From Candidatus Multivoradales bacterium (GTDB lineage: Bacteria; Acidobacteriota; Thermoanaerobaculia; Multivoradales; JAHEKO01), in contig CBDFIJ010000004.1 in the NCBI GenBank assembly GCA_965248055.1, positions 2,816,001 through 2,880,000 of the forward strand: DNA of 64,000 nucleotides, in the 5' to 3' direction. Position numbers and translations under genes: made by a program. Shown piece after piece: positions 40,424-49,901 of this stretch; position 1 is the first letter of the stretch, and each line of letters opens with the position of its first letter. A model generated the notes under the pieces. The model had not been told where the DNA came from. It saw nothing but the letters and a program-made list of their open reading frames with translations, and did not search any database.

Positions 40424-40622
40424 GAGAGGTTTTTTTTTGGATTACTAAATGGTGACAGCCGTGATTTTTCGGCGACTCTAGTGATCCATCGCCCGCGCGT
40501 CTAGCTTGAACTACGACTAAACAGGGTCGGAAGGTTCGGAGACAGTTTTCGCGATCGGTACGAACGGACACTGGCGCACGATGCCGCTCGCAGTCGCGGT
40601 AAGCTGGGGTGTTTAGAGCGCC

Positions 40623-43553
40623 ATGCCGATCACCAAAATGCTGTCCAACATACCGCCCGACAACCGTCCCTCTCTGGTGGTCGAAGGAGCAACCACGCAC
40701 AATCTCAAAGGGGTGGATTGTGCGATCCCTCATGGTGCCCTAACTGTGGTCACCGGGTTGTCTGGAGCGGGCAAGTCGTCGCTGGCTGTCGACACCGTGT
40801 ATGCCGAGGCGCAGCGTCGGTTCGTTGAGTCGATGTCCACCTACGCACGCCAGTTTCTGCAGCAAATGGAACGCCCACCGGCGGATCGCATCGAGGGTGT
40901 CTTGCCGCCTATTCTCTTGACGCCCAAGGTGTCGATTCAAAACGCGCGCTCGACCGTCGGGACACTGTCGGAAATTTATGAGCCGCTGCGATTGCTGTTT
41001 GCTCACTTGGGACAGGTCGACTGCCCCAACGGGCATGGACGGCTGCGCGAGTGGGCCGCAGAGTCTTTGCTCAACGCTCTACAAGAGAGTATCGCGGGGG
41101 ATCGATTCACCCTTTGTGCAGAGGTGGAGCGACCGGCGAAAGATGCCGATCGGGCACTCGAAGAATTGACCAGATTGGGGTATCGGCGTATCTGGCGCGA
41201 CGACGCAGTAGTCGAGTTGCCCGCGGGGGCAGGCTGGCCAAAAAAGCTCGTACCGTTGCGCCTGGTGATTGGTCGGTTGGCCAAGACCTCGGACCGCGAA
41301 CGACTCGACGACGCGGTTGAAGAGGCGCTGAGGCTGGGACAAGGGCGGGTGCAAATATTTGGTGACAAGACGCTGATTGTGAGCACCGGGTCGTCGGCTG
41401 GCAGGACTTGCATCGAGTGTTGCCAGCAGCAGCCGCTACCGACCCCTGATCTGTTCTCGTTCTATTCACCTTTGGGGGCGTGCCCTGAATGTGGTGGTTT
41501 CGGTCGAGTCGCGGGTATCGACCCGGACTTGGTGATTCCCGACCCCGCACTGACTCTGGAGGAAAATCCGTTTGCCCCCTGGAAAACCCCGCGTCATAGC
41601 AAGAACCTAGCCAAGTTGTTGGCGGCAGCAAAAGAGTGCGGTATCCCCACTGATGTTCCCTGGTCCATATTGACTGAGAGCCAGCACCAATGGGTGTGGA
41701 GTGGGTCGGGCCCGTTCGTCAGTTTGGACAAGTTTTTTGCCCGCTTGGAACGCAAGAAATACCGCGTCCATGCGCGAGTCTTCCTGGCTCGGTTTCGCTC
41801 CTACAATCGGTGCTCGCAGTGCGATGGAGAGCGGCTGGCGGACCCCGGTCGGGAATATCGTGTCGCCGAGCGTCGACTTCCGGAGCTGACCTCGATTCCT
41901 TTGGTCGAACTATTGGACTGGCTTCGCGCTCAGAGTTGGGACCAGCGTGATTTCGACCGTGTCTCGAACTTGTTGCAGGATCTCGATCGTCGGCTGGCGA
42001 CCATGGTCGAGGTAGGGCTCGGATACCTGCACCTCAATCGGCGGGCGCGCACGCTCTCCGGCGGGGAGATCCAAAGAGTGCAAATGGCAGCAGCACTGGG
42101 CTCCGGCCTGACTTCGACCCTGTACGTGATTGACGAGCCGACGGTGGGCCTACACGCCGCCGACAGCGCCCGGCTGCTCAAGGTTCTGGGTGACCTAACG
42201 GCGAAGGGCAACACGGTACTGGTGGTGGAGCACGACCCGGCCTTGATTCTCGGTGCCGATCACGTGATCGACTTGGGGCCTGGATCTGGTGAGCACGGAG
42301 GAGTGATCCTTGCGGCCGGGACGGTGGATCATATTCTTGCCAACCCCGAGTCGGTGACCGGGCGGTTCTTAGCTCGCGAGGGTGGGCGTGCTTGGCGCGA
42401 ACACTCTTCGCGTCATCGCCGAGAGTCCGGCTATCGGCGCAAGGGTCGACGCTCGAGCCAACCGGAGATTGTGGTGCGGGGCGCGAACGCCAACAATCTG
42501 CGTGATCTGACAGTTCGCTTTCCGGTTGGCATGATGACCGGGGTAGCAGGTGCTTCCGGATCGGGAAAGTCGACGTTGATCGCCGACACCTTGCACGGTC
42601 AAGCTGCGCGCCATTTCGGAACCGCTGCTGAGGCGGGGAGCTGCGATGGGGTCGACGGTCTGCAGTGGGTCCATGGCGTCGAACTGGTAGATCAGCGACC
42701 CGCCGGGCGTTCAAGTCGCTCCAACCCGGTGACCTATATCAAGGCCTACGACGGGATTCGACGTCTGTTTGCTGCGACGCCACGGGCTCGAGAATTGGAG
42801 ATCGGGCCTGGGGCGTTTTCTTTCAACATCGATGGCGGGAGGTGTCCTTCGTGTAAGGGCACTGGGTCTACCGAAGTTGATATGCAGTTCATGGCACCGA
42901 TTTCGGTGACTTGTGATCAGTGCTCCGGGCGGCGTTTTCAGCAGCGCGTTTTGGATGTTCGTTGCCGAGGTCGCAACATTATTGAGGTTCTGCAGATGAC
43001 GGTCGACGAAGCGTTGCTGCTCTTTGCCGACGCCAAAGGTGTGGCCAACCGTCTCCGTTTGTTGTCCACTGCCGGGTTGGGTTACTTACGCCTAGGGCAG
43101 GCGACATCCACCCTGTCTGGTGGAGAAGTACAACGACTCAAACTTGCTTCGATGCTCGGCCCCAAAGATGAGCAACCCCGGCTCTTGATCTTTGACGAAC
43201 CGACCACTGGTTTACATCTAGCGGACATCGACGTCTTGGTGACCACGCTGCGACGGTTGACCGAACGGGGGCACACCGTGGTGGTGGTGGAACACAGTTT
43301 GGAGTTTCTCTTGAGCGTCGATTGGCTGGTCGACCTGGGTCCCGGTGGCGGTCCGGATGGAGGTCAATTGCTCTACCAAGGGCCGCTGGAGCCCTATCTC
43401 AAGCCGGGCCCCCGTAAGAGTCAGCGCGGAGGTCGCTGCGAATCACCGACCGCGGAGCTACTGCGTCGATTGGACGGCGCTGCGGCACCGGACAGCACTG
43501 CAGAGGACGGAGCTGCAGAGGGCGGAGCTGTAACGGTGGGCACTGCAAAGTAG
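40623..43553 (+). CDS. uvrA: Excinuclease ABC subunit A (UvrA-family paralogue)
   Basis: Two ABC cassettes (GLSGAGKSS, GASGSGKST, LSGGE twice), Zn-finger CxxC pairs, YAEAQRRFVES. Confidence 0.92.
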   Translation: MPITKMLSNIPPDNRPSLVVEGATTHNLKGVDCAIPHGALTVVTGLSGAGKSSLAVDTVYAEAQRRFVESMSTYARQFLQQMERPPADRIEGVLPPILLTPKVSIQNARSTVGTLSEIYEPLRLLFAHLGQVDCPNGHGRLREWAAESLLNALQESIAGDRFTLCAEVERPAKDADRALEELTRLGYRRIWRDDAVVELPAGAGWPKKLVPLRLVIGRLAKTSDRERLDDAVEEALRLGQGRVQIFGDKTLIVSTGSSAGRTCIECCQQQPLPTPDLFSFYSPLGACPECGGFGRVAGIDPDLVIPDPALTLEENPFAPWKTPRHSKNLAKLLAAAKECGIPTDVPWSILTESQHQWVWSGSGPFVSLDKFFARLERKKYRVHARVFLARFRSYNRCSQCDGERLADPGREYRVAERRLPELTSIPLVELLDWLRAQSWDQRDFDRVSNLLQDLDRRLATMVEVGLGYLHLNRRARTLSGGEIQRVQMAAALGSGLTSTLYVIDEPTVGLHAADSARLLKVLGDLTAKGNTVLVVEHDPALILGADHVIDLGPGSGEHGGVILAAGTVDHILANPESVTGRFLAREGGRAWREHSSRHRRESGYRRKGRRSSQPEIVVRGANANNLRDLTVRFPVGMMTGVAGASGSGKSTLIADTLHGQAARHFGTAAEAGSCDGVDGLQWVHGVELVDQRPAGRSSRSNPVTYIKAYDGIRRLFAATPRARELEIGPGAFSFNIDGGRCPSCKGTGSTEVDMQFMAPISVTCDQCSGRRFQQRVLDVRCRGRNIIEVLQMTVDEALLLFADAKGVANRLRLLSTAGLGYLRLGQATSTLSGGEVQRLKLASMLGPKDEQPRLLIFDEPTTGLHLADIDVLVTTLRRLTERGHTVVVVEHSLEFLLSVDWLVDLGPGGGPDGGQLLYQGPLEPYLKPGPRKSQRGGRCESPTAELLRRLDGAAAPDSTAEDGAAEGGAVTVGTAK

Positions 43554-43600
43554 AGTCTGGGATCGTCAACCGGCGATAGGATGGTGCCGAGCGAACACCG

Positions 43601-44512
43601 ATGAGCTGGAAAAATCACATCAATGCGGTCGCGGGTTGGGTCCTAGGAGGGACCTTGCTATTCGCAGGGGCGCTCAAGACTCTCGATCCGGCAGCCTTCG
43701 CCACCCAGATCAGCGCCGAAGGCTTGGCCATTCTCTTGCCGGCCATGGTCATCGCAGTGATCGCTATTGGCATCGAAGTAGGGCTAGGCCTGGCTCTGAT
43801 CCTGGGCCATCGGCATCGCAGCCTGTTGGTGATCACTTCGGCCCTGGTGGCATTCTTCCTCTTTCTCACCGGTCGCAGCTACTGGAAGTGGACGCGCGGG
43901 GAACTCACCGACGACGCTGCTTGCGGGTGCTTTGGTTCGCTGGTCGAGCGCACTCCCGCGGAGGCGTTTTGGCAGGACGTGATGCTGTTGTTGCCGACCA
44001 TCATTATCTTGTGGCTGTTCCTTCGTTTTCCACCCCGCGGGCGATGGTTCGGGCTAGCTCCGGTCTTGGCTTGTCTGTCGATGGTGTTCTCAGCGCTGGC
44101 CCCAGGGTTGCCTCTGGACAACTTGGCGACCGGCCTACGTCCCGGAAAGCAATTGACCGAACTTTGTGCTGGAGGGGATGCTCCGGGCGAACGCGCTTGC
44201 GTTGATTTGGTGGTTCCAGAGCTCAACCAAGGGGACCACTGGGTGGTGATGGCCGAGTTGGACAATCCAGCACTTCTGGAAGCGATCAGTGAGCTCAACC
44301 AGCGGTTCAACGGTGGCAAGAGCATCTGGCTGATAACCCCCGATGAAGCCGAGGCAATTCAAGGCTTTACCTGGACTGCCGGCCCCTCTTTCCCAGTGCG
44401 TGAGGTGCCGCTTTCCTTGCTGCGACGTTTCTATCGCAAACTACCGAGGAGTTTTCATATCGTCGACGGCACGGTGACCGAGACTCAGTCCGGTATTTTC
44501 GTTGGAGAGTAG
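43601..44512 (+). CDS. MauE/DoxX-family redox-associated membrane protein
   Basis: TM segments with ACGCFG and a soluble C-terminal domain. Confidence 0.8.
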   Translation: MSWKNHINAVAGWVLGGTLLFAGALKTLDPAAFATQISAEGLAILLPAMVIAVIAIGIEVGLGLALILGHRHRSLLVITSALVAFFLFLTGRSYWKWTRGELTDDAACGCFGSLVERTPAEAFWQDVMLLLPTIIILWLFLRFPPRGRWFGLAPVLACLSMVFSALAPGLPLDNLATGLRPGKQLTELCAGGDAPGERACVDLVVPELNQGDHWVVMAELDNPALLEAISELNQRFNGGKSIWLITPDEAEAIQGFTWTAGPSFPVREVPLSLLRRFYRKLPRSFHIVDGTVTETQSGIFVGE

Positions 44513-44593
44513 GCGAGGATCTTGCACCGGTAGTCTTGTCCAGTGTTTTTCGCTGGACGGTCAACCAAGGAAACTCAAGTACACTTTGCTGAC

Positions 44594-44657
44594 CGACACT
44601 GTCGCTGGCCGGCACTGTTACTGGCCGGCACTGTTACTGGTCGGCACTGTTTGTGGC
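44594..44657. repeat. 16-bp tandem repeat x4
   Basis: Consensus CGGCACTGTTACTGGC, intergenic. Confidence 0.85.
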
Positions 44658-44695
44658 TGTCTTAGTGTGGACGAAAAAGATTCAGAAGGAAAAAC

Positions 44696-45478
44696 TTGAT
44701 GCGTGCACCTGCAACTCATTGGATTCTTAGCGTTACTTTATTGACTCTGTCCGCCAGCGGCTTGGCGGCTCAGACGGGATTTCGCCTTGATTCAACCTGG
44801 ATTTTGGAAATTAATGGTTCCTCCTCCGAGGCCGAGATCTACCGCGCTCCGTCTCCCGCAGCGATGCTGGTGATGAGCGAACAATTGCCGGAACCGGTGA
44901 TGTTGCTGCTGGGTGCTGGCTCGGTCAACGGCGTACAACTGATGAAGGTAGCGCGTCAGGCTGATGGCTCGATCAACGTTCTCGCCAATCCGTTCAGTCG
45001 CTCGTTTGGTAGCTATCAAGTCGAGGGCTCTGGCGTGACCTTTTCCGTGGACGACCGCCGGGTGGCGATCGTTCCTAAACCTCCCTTGACCGGGTTCCAC
45101 GGAAACCAAGACCTAGTGGATCACGATAGCGGCTACGGCGAGCGTAAGCAGGCCTATTCTCCGGCCGCCACTCCATTGGCTCAGTTGGCTGGTCAGTCGG
45201 CTGCCACGGTTCGCGTTTTTTTCGGCTCCTGGTGCCCCGCTTGTTCTCAGATCGTGCCGCGAATCTTGGCGGTTGAGGAGGCGCTCGGGGACTCTGCGGT
45301 CAAGTTTGAATACTACGGATTGCCTCGGGGGTTTGGCGACGATGCCGAGGCCAAGCGCTTTGGGGTTAACAGTGTGCCCACTGCCGTGGTCTTACGCGAC
45401 GGCCAGCCGGTTGCAACTGTTCAAGGAACCGAGTTGAGCCAGCCTGAAGCTGCTCTGTTGCAGGCTCTCGAAGGCTAG
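44696..45478 (+). CDS. Exported thioredoxin-family protein
   Basis: Signal peptide; C-terminal FGSWCPAC and VPT cis-Pro motif. Confidence 0.87.
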   Translation: MMRAPATHWILSVTLLTLSASGLAAQTGFRLDSTWILEINGSSSEAEIYRAPSPAAMLVMSEQLPEPVMLLLGAGSVNGVQLMKVARQADGSINVLANPFSRSFGSYQVEGSGVTFSVDDRRVAIVPKPPLTGFHGNQDLVDHDSGYGERKQAYSPAATPLAQLAGQSAATVRVFFGSWCPACSQIVPRILAVEEALGDSAVKFEYYGLPRGFGDDAEAKRFGVNSVPTAVVLRDGQPVATVQGTELSQPEAALLQALEG

Positions 45479-45518
45479 CCAAGGAGGCGCTTCCTGTCGC
45501 CGACTCCTTCAGCCGGGG

Positions 45519-46970
45519 CTACGGTCGGTGTTTTTGCGCTTGCTGGGCTGCTGACCAACCGGAGGTTCCGTTGAGCCCGACACCGGGATGAACCCCCGGA
45601 CCACAGAGAAAAAGTCCCGGAATCGGAGTGGCAGTTCCCCGACAGTGAAGGTCGGGTCTGAGAAACAGCAATTGGTCGAGTGCCCACTCGCCGTGCTCCA
45701 AATGGCCGCCCGGCAGCGAGAATTGCTGCGCCAGAGCGTCTGGATTGAGCGCCGTGATAGCGGCTACCTGCTGGCTCGCTCCGTTCCACAGCGTTTCCAC
45801 TCCCTCCAAAGCGATTCGTTCCAGTCGCTGGCGCGGTGTTGAGGCCGCACAGGTTGCAACATGCACCAGCGCCACCACGCCGGATTCGCCCTGGGACGGA
45901 TGGTTCACTTCGGGGAAACTGATTTCCAACGGGGGCCGCTCGACGGTCGATCCAACCTTGAATCCATCCGCAGCCTTTTCCAGATGGGCCAGAGAGTCCC
46001 AGTTGACTTGGTAAATGGTGCCTGACGAAGCCAGTAGCGGCGGTGGTTGATGATCGAGGGCGATCATCACCACGCCAACCGCGCCGCGGCTGCGATATAC
46101 CCGCAGAGAATCGTTGAAAGTGACCGCCAGGGCCGTCTGCTCGCAAAGATCGAGCAAGGTTCGTTGCGGTGCTAGTGCGCTGACCACCGCTTGTGCGGCA
46201 TACGACTTTCCGGATGCTAGTTCTACGGACAATCCCGATGACTCTCGATGGATCGCCTGAATCGGTGTGCCGAATTCGATCGCTACCCCTCGGTCTTGAG
46301 CTTGTTGTTCCAGTTGGCGCATCAACTGGGGCAATCCCTGCGCGGCACGGGATCCAGCAGCCCCAGCCCGAAGTAGTGTATTGAAACCGGTTCCCGCGGC
46401 GGAAGGGCCGGTCACCGTGCTTTCCAGCGCTGGCCTCGCCAGACAAGCGGCGTCCGGTCCGTCGGCGATAAATTCGGTGATCCAATCTGCCACCGAAAGC
46501 GACCCCGCGCGCATTACTTTACGCAGTTTCTTGGCCCCCAACAGCCGAGTGGACCAGCCGGCGGTGAGCGCTGCTCGCCAGTCGTCGCGAGGGTCGAGCG
46601 GCGGGGAGGGTCGTTGGACGATGCGCTGTGCCCAGCCGGTCAGGCTGGCGATCTCGGCACTCCAGGCGGGCCCGCCGCTGGTCTGAATTGGGAGGGTCAG
46701 GTCACCTTCTGCTGTCGGTCGACGCCAGTCGGGCGCTGGTGCCAACGCGGTTGCCGGGATCTCCAAACGCCGCAGTAGGTCGCCGCGCAGGCGCCCGCGG
46801 TCGAGCATCGGAGAAGCGCGGTAGCCAGGGGCAATTTCCACCGCCGCAGAAAGTCCACCAACAGTCTCCGACTCCTCGATCAAGGTGACCTGGGTGCCCC
46901 GCTTGGCCAACGCCAGAGCGGCGACCATGCCATCTAGCTCCGAGCCCAGCACTACAACGCTGTGACTCAT
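45519..46970 (-). CDS. Phytoene-dehydrogenase-like (COG1233) flavoprotein with a degenerate FAD motif
   Basis: ATG 46970 coupled by ATGA; GSELDG instead of GxGxxG; TPIPGLFLCGPGVHPG. Confidence 0.85.
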   Translation of the reverse strand: MSHSVVVLGSELDGMVAALALAKRGTQVTLIEESETVGGLSAAVEIAPGYRASPMLDRGRLRGDLLRRLEIPATALAPAPDWRRPTAEGDLTLPIQTSGGPAWSAEIASLTGWAQRIVQRPSPPLDPRDDWRAALTAGWSTRLLGAKKLRKVMRAGSLSVADWITEFIADGPDAACLARPALESTVTGPSAAGTGFNTLLRAGAAGSRAAQGLPQLMRQLEQQAQDRGVAIEFGTPIQAIHRESSGLSVELASGKSYAAQAVVSALAPQRTLLDLCEQTALAVTFNDSLRVYRSRGAVGVVMIALDHQPPPLLASSGTIYQVNWDSLAHLEKAADGFKVGSTVERPPLEISFPEVNHPSQGESGVVALVHVATCAASTPRQRLERIALEGVETLWNGASQQVAAITALNPDALAQQFSLPGGHLEHGEWALDQLLFLRPDLHCRGTATPIPGLFLCGPGVHPGVGLNGTSGWSAAQQAQKHRP

Positions 46971-48604
46971 GGTCGCTTCGCCTTCAACAGACTCAAAGCG
47001 CAGAGGGCACCCGGTGCGCCCATGATGCCGCCGCCAGGGTGGGTTCCAGAACCGCACATCCACAGTTTGCGGATCGGCGATTGGTAGCGTGACCACCCGG
47101 CGACCGGCCGTTGAAACGCGAGCTGCTCCAAGGACAACTCACCGTGGAAGATGTTGCCTTCGGTGAGACCGTAGATCTGCTCCATGTCCCAGGGGCTCAG
47201 CACCTGGCGATGCAAGATCAGAGACTTAAAGTTGGGCATGTATTCGCTGAGAGTGTCGATCACCGCGTCGCCGAAGGCGTCGCGATGTTGGGGCCAAGAC
47301 TCAGGCCCATCAGCCAAGTGATACGGTGCATATTGAACGAAAATCGACATCACGTGTTTGCCCGGCGGCGCCACGCCGGGATCGGTTAAAGAGGGAATGA
47401 CGATGTCCATGAACGGACGTTTGGAAAAGCGACCTCGCTTGGCGTCGTCGTAGGCGTTTTCCAAATACTCTAGGCTGGGGGCGATAGTGATGTCGCCTCG
47501 CAGGTGCCGACCTTGACCAGGCAAGCAAGCGAACTCGGGAAGGCCGTTGAGTGCCAAGTTGACCTTGCCCGAACTTCCGCGCAGTTTGTAGCGTCGTAGC
47601 CCGGTGGCAAACTCCTCGGGAAGGTGTTTTTCACCCACCATGCCAAAGAATGTCCGGCGCGGCTCGGCACCCGAGATCACGTGTTTGGCACTAATATCAT
47701 CTCCGTTCTCCAAGACCACGCCAGTCGCCGAACGACCGCGAATGCGAATGCGCTCGACCGGTGCGTCGACCAAGATTTCCGCGCCGTGGGCCTGTGCCGA
47801 TAGCGCGATCGCGTCCGCTACCGAACCGGTTCCGCCGCGCGGAATACCCCAGGCGCGGTAGGCGCCATCAATGTCGCCCATGTAGTGGTGTAGCAAGACG
47901 TAGGCAGTGCCGGGTGAGCGCACGCCGAGGAAAGTGCCGATGATGCCGGAGACCGACATCGGGGCGATCAGATGCTCGTCTTCAAAGTAACGTTCGAGAA
48001 AGTCGACCGCGCTCATGGTTGAGATCCGGTAGAGCGTCTCACTTGCGTCGCCCAGACCTCGGCCCAGTTTGAGCATGCGACCCAGATCTTGCAGCGTTGG
48101 CGAGATTGGGTCGGGCACCGGCTCGTCGATCAGAGAACGAATGCGCCGACCTAGTTCGCTCATCTCTCGCCCGAACTTGGGATATGCGTCGGCGTCTGTG
48201 GGCGAAAACTGAGCGATCGCCCGGCGCGTGCGGTGCGGGTCGGCGTCGCGCAACAGATAGCGTCCATCGGGAAACGGAGTGAAGGTCTCATCGAGTGGAA
48301 ATACTCGATAGCCGAAGCTCGGCAAATCCAGATGGCGGACGATCCACGGTCGCATTAGGCTGACCACGTAGGAGCACGCCGAGTAGGTAAAGCCGGGGTG
48401 AGTCTGCTCGCTGGTGGTGACGCCACCAATTTGCGATCGCTGTTCGACAACTAATACTTTGCGCCCCGCCTTGGCCAGAAAGCCGGCGCAGACCAGGCCG
48501 TTGTGCCCCGCGCCGACGATGATCGCGTCGTAGTGGCTGCGCGTTGGCTTGCCGGAAGCAAACTGAGGCCGCCCTGCCATCATGGTGCCGTTGAGCTTGG
48601 TCAT
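46967..48604 (-). CDS. Phytoene-dehydrogenase-like (PYROXD2/COG1233) FAD oxidoreductase
   Basis: IVGAGHNGL, GNIFHGEL, CGSGTHPGGG.MGAPG. Confidence 0.92.
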   Translation of the reverse strand: MTKLNGTMMAGRPQFASGKPTRSHYDAIIVGAGHNGLVCAGFLAKAGRKVLVVEQRSQIGGVTTSEQTHPGFTYSACSYVVSLMRPWIVRHLDLPSFGYRVFPLDETFTPFPDGRYLLRDADPHRTRRAIAQFSPTDADAYPKFGREMSELGRRIRSLIDEPVPDPISPTLQDLGRMLKLGRGLGDASETLYRISTMSAVDFLERYFEDEHLIAPMSVSGIIGTFLGVRSPGTAYVLLHHYMGDIDGAYRAWGIPRGGTGSVADAIALSAQAHGAEILVDAPVERIRIRGRSATGVVLENGDDISAKHVISGAEPRRTFFGMVGEKHLPEEFATGLRRYKLRGSSGKVNLALNGLPEFACLPGQGRHLRGDITIAPSLEYLENAYDDAKRGRFSKRPFMDIVIPSLTDPGVAPPGKHVMSIFVQYAPYHLADGPESWPQHRDAFGDAVIDTLSEYMPNFKSLILHRQVLSPWDMEQIYGLTEGNIFHGELSLEQLAFQRPVAGWSRYQSPIRKLWMCGSGTHPGGGIMGAPGALCALSLLKAKRP

Positions 48605-49806
48605 TTACGTTTCCAGGGTGGGTTGTAAAACGGCAGCGGGCTGACGGTCGCTGGCACTTGGCGACGATCGTAATCCACCGTGTGTTCTACCTGAAGCTCA
48701 GAGCCGACCTCGGCGTAGGACGGCTCGACCGACGCCAGCGCCAGCGCTTTCTTGAGCACCGGAGACCAGGTATGGCTGGTCACTTGGCCCACCTGTCTAC
48801 CCGAATGGGCATAGACCGGTAAGGCCTCTCGGGAGGCTGATCCCGGCAAATGCGGTGGCAGGTCGTATTCGCCGTAGAGCTTGGTGATCGCGGCGAAGTC
48901 CAATTCCAGGCCCACCAGTTGAAGACGGGGAGTTCGCCGCGCTTGGAGCAATGCTGTGCGGCCGACAAAGTCTTCGCGGTCGAGGTGAGTCATCCAATCC
49001 CACCCCAGTTCAAACGGAGTTGAACGCTGCGCGACGCGCACCTCCTCATGGGCGCCGCGGTAGTCGATTCCATGCAGCAGATAGCCGGCCTCGATGCGGC
49101 TGATGTCGAGCGCGTCGAGGCCAACCGGTTGCAGGCCATGGCGTTCGCCGACTTCCATCAGTCGATCCCACAGTGGCAGGGCGTAGTTGACGTCGACCCA
49201 GATCTCGTAGCCCAAGTCACCGCTGTAGCCCGTGCGGGTAACCCAACCGGCGATCCCTTGGGGGCTTGTCGGCGGCTCCCAGGAAAATGATTGGGCAGCG
49301 AAGTACTTGAGCTGACTCAACGGTTTGCCCAACGCTTCACTGACCACCGCCTGCGAGCGCGGACCTTGGATCGCCAGCACCGCGAGGTCGTCGCTCTGGT
49401 CACGAACTTCCACCGCACCACCGGTCGCCAACTTGCGCAGCCAGTCGAGGGCTGGCTCGGCGGCGGTGATGCGAAATTGCTTCTTTGCCAAACGGGTGAT
49501 GGTGCCGTCATCGATCACCATCCCCTGATCGTCGCACCAGCAGCAGTAGGCAACCCTCCCGACGCGCAGCTTGCTGATGTCGCGCACCACCATGCGATTG
49601 AGTACCGCCCCCGCGTCTGGTCCGGAAAGATGGTATTTATAGAGTGGTGAAACGTCGATCAACCCCGCCGATTGGCGCAAGGCGAAGTACTCACGCTCAA
49701 CATTGACATCGTAAGCACAAGCCGCGATCCGTCCCGCCCAATCCTTGAATCGATAGGTTTCGCACAAGGGAAAAGTGCGCTCGTGGAAAGGGCTGGGGAT
49801 GGGCAT
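48601..49806 (-). CDS. GcvT-family THF-dependent aminomethyl/methyltransferase
   Basis: DVSPL, IDDG, IQGP.S, TRTGYSGDLGYEI, RIEAG, PFYNP; ATG 49806 preferred. Confidence 0.92.
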   Translation of the reverse strand: MPIPSPFHERTFPLCETYRFKDWAGRIAACAYDVNVEREYFALRQSAGLIDVSPLYKYHLSGPDAGAVLNRMVVRDISKLRVGRVAYCCWCDDQGMVIDDGTITRLAKKQFRITAAEPALDWLRKLATGGAVEVRDQSDDLAVLAIQGPRSQAVVSEALGKPLSQLKYFAAQSFSWEPPTSPQGIAGWVTRTGYSGDLGYEIWVDVNYALPLWDRLMEVGERHGLQPVGLDALDISRIEAGYLLHGIDYRGAHEEVRVAQRSTPFELGWDWMTHLDREDFVGRTALLQARRTPRLQLVGLELDFAAITKLYGEYDLPPHLPGSASREALPVYAHSGRQVGQVTSHTWSPVLKKALALASVEPSYAEVGSELQVEHTVDYDRRQVPATVSPLPFYNPPWKRK

Positions 49807-49901
49807 GAATGAAATGGGACTAGTTGGTCCGGCAACTAGCGACCTCGGCGAATTTAGCATGCGTTTTTTGCGCCCGCCGCCCGGTGACAGTCGGCACCAA
49901 C

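Noticed and set aside
45519-48604. Carotenoid desaturases (crtI)
   Set aside because: No crtB/crtE nearby; motifs and coupling to GcvT fit the PYROXD2-like subgroup better.
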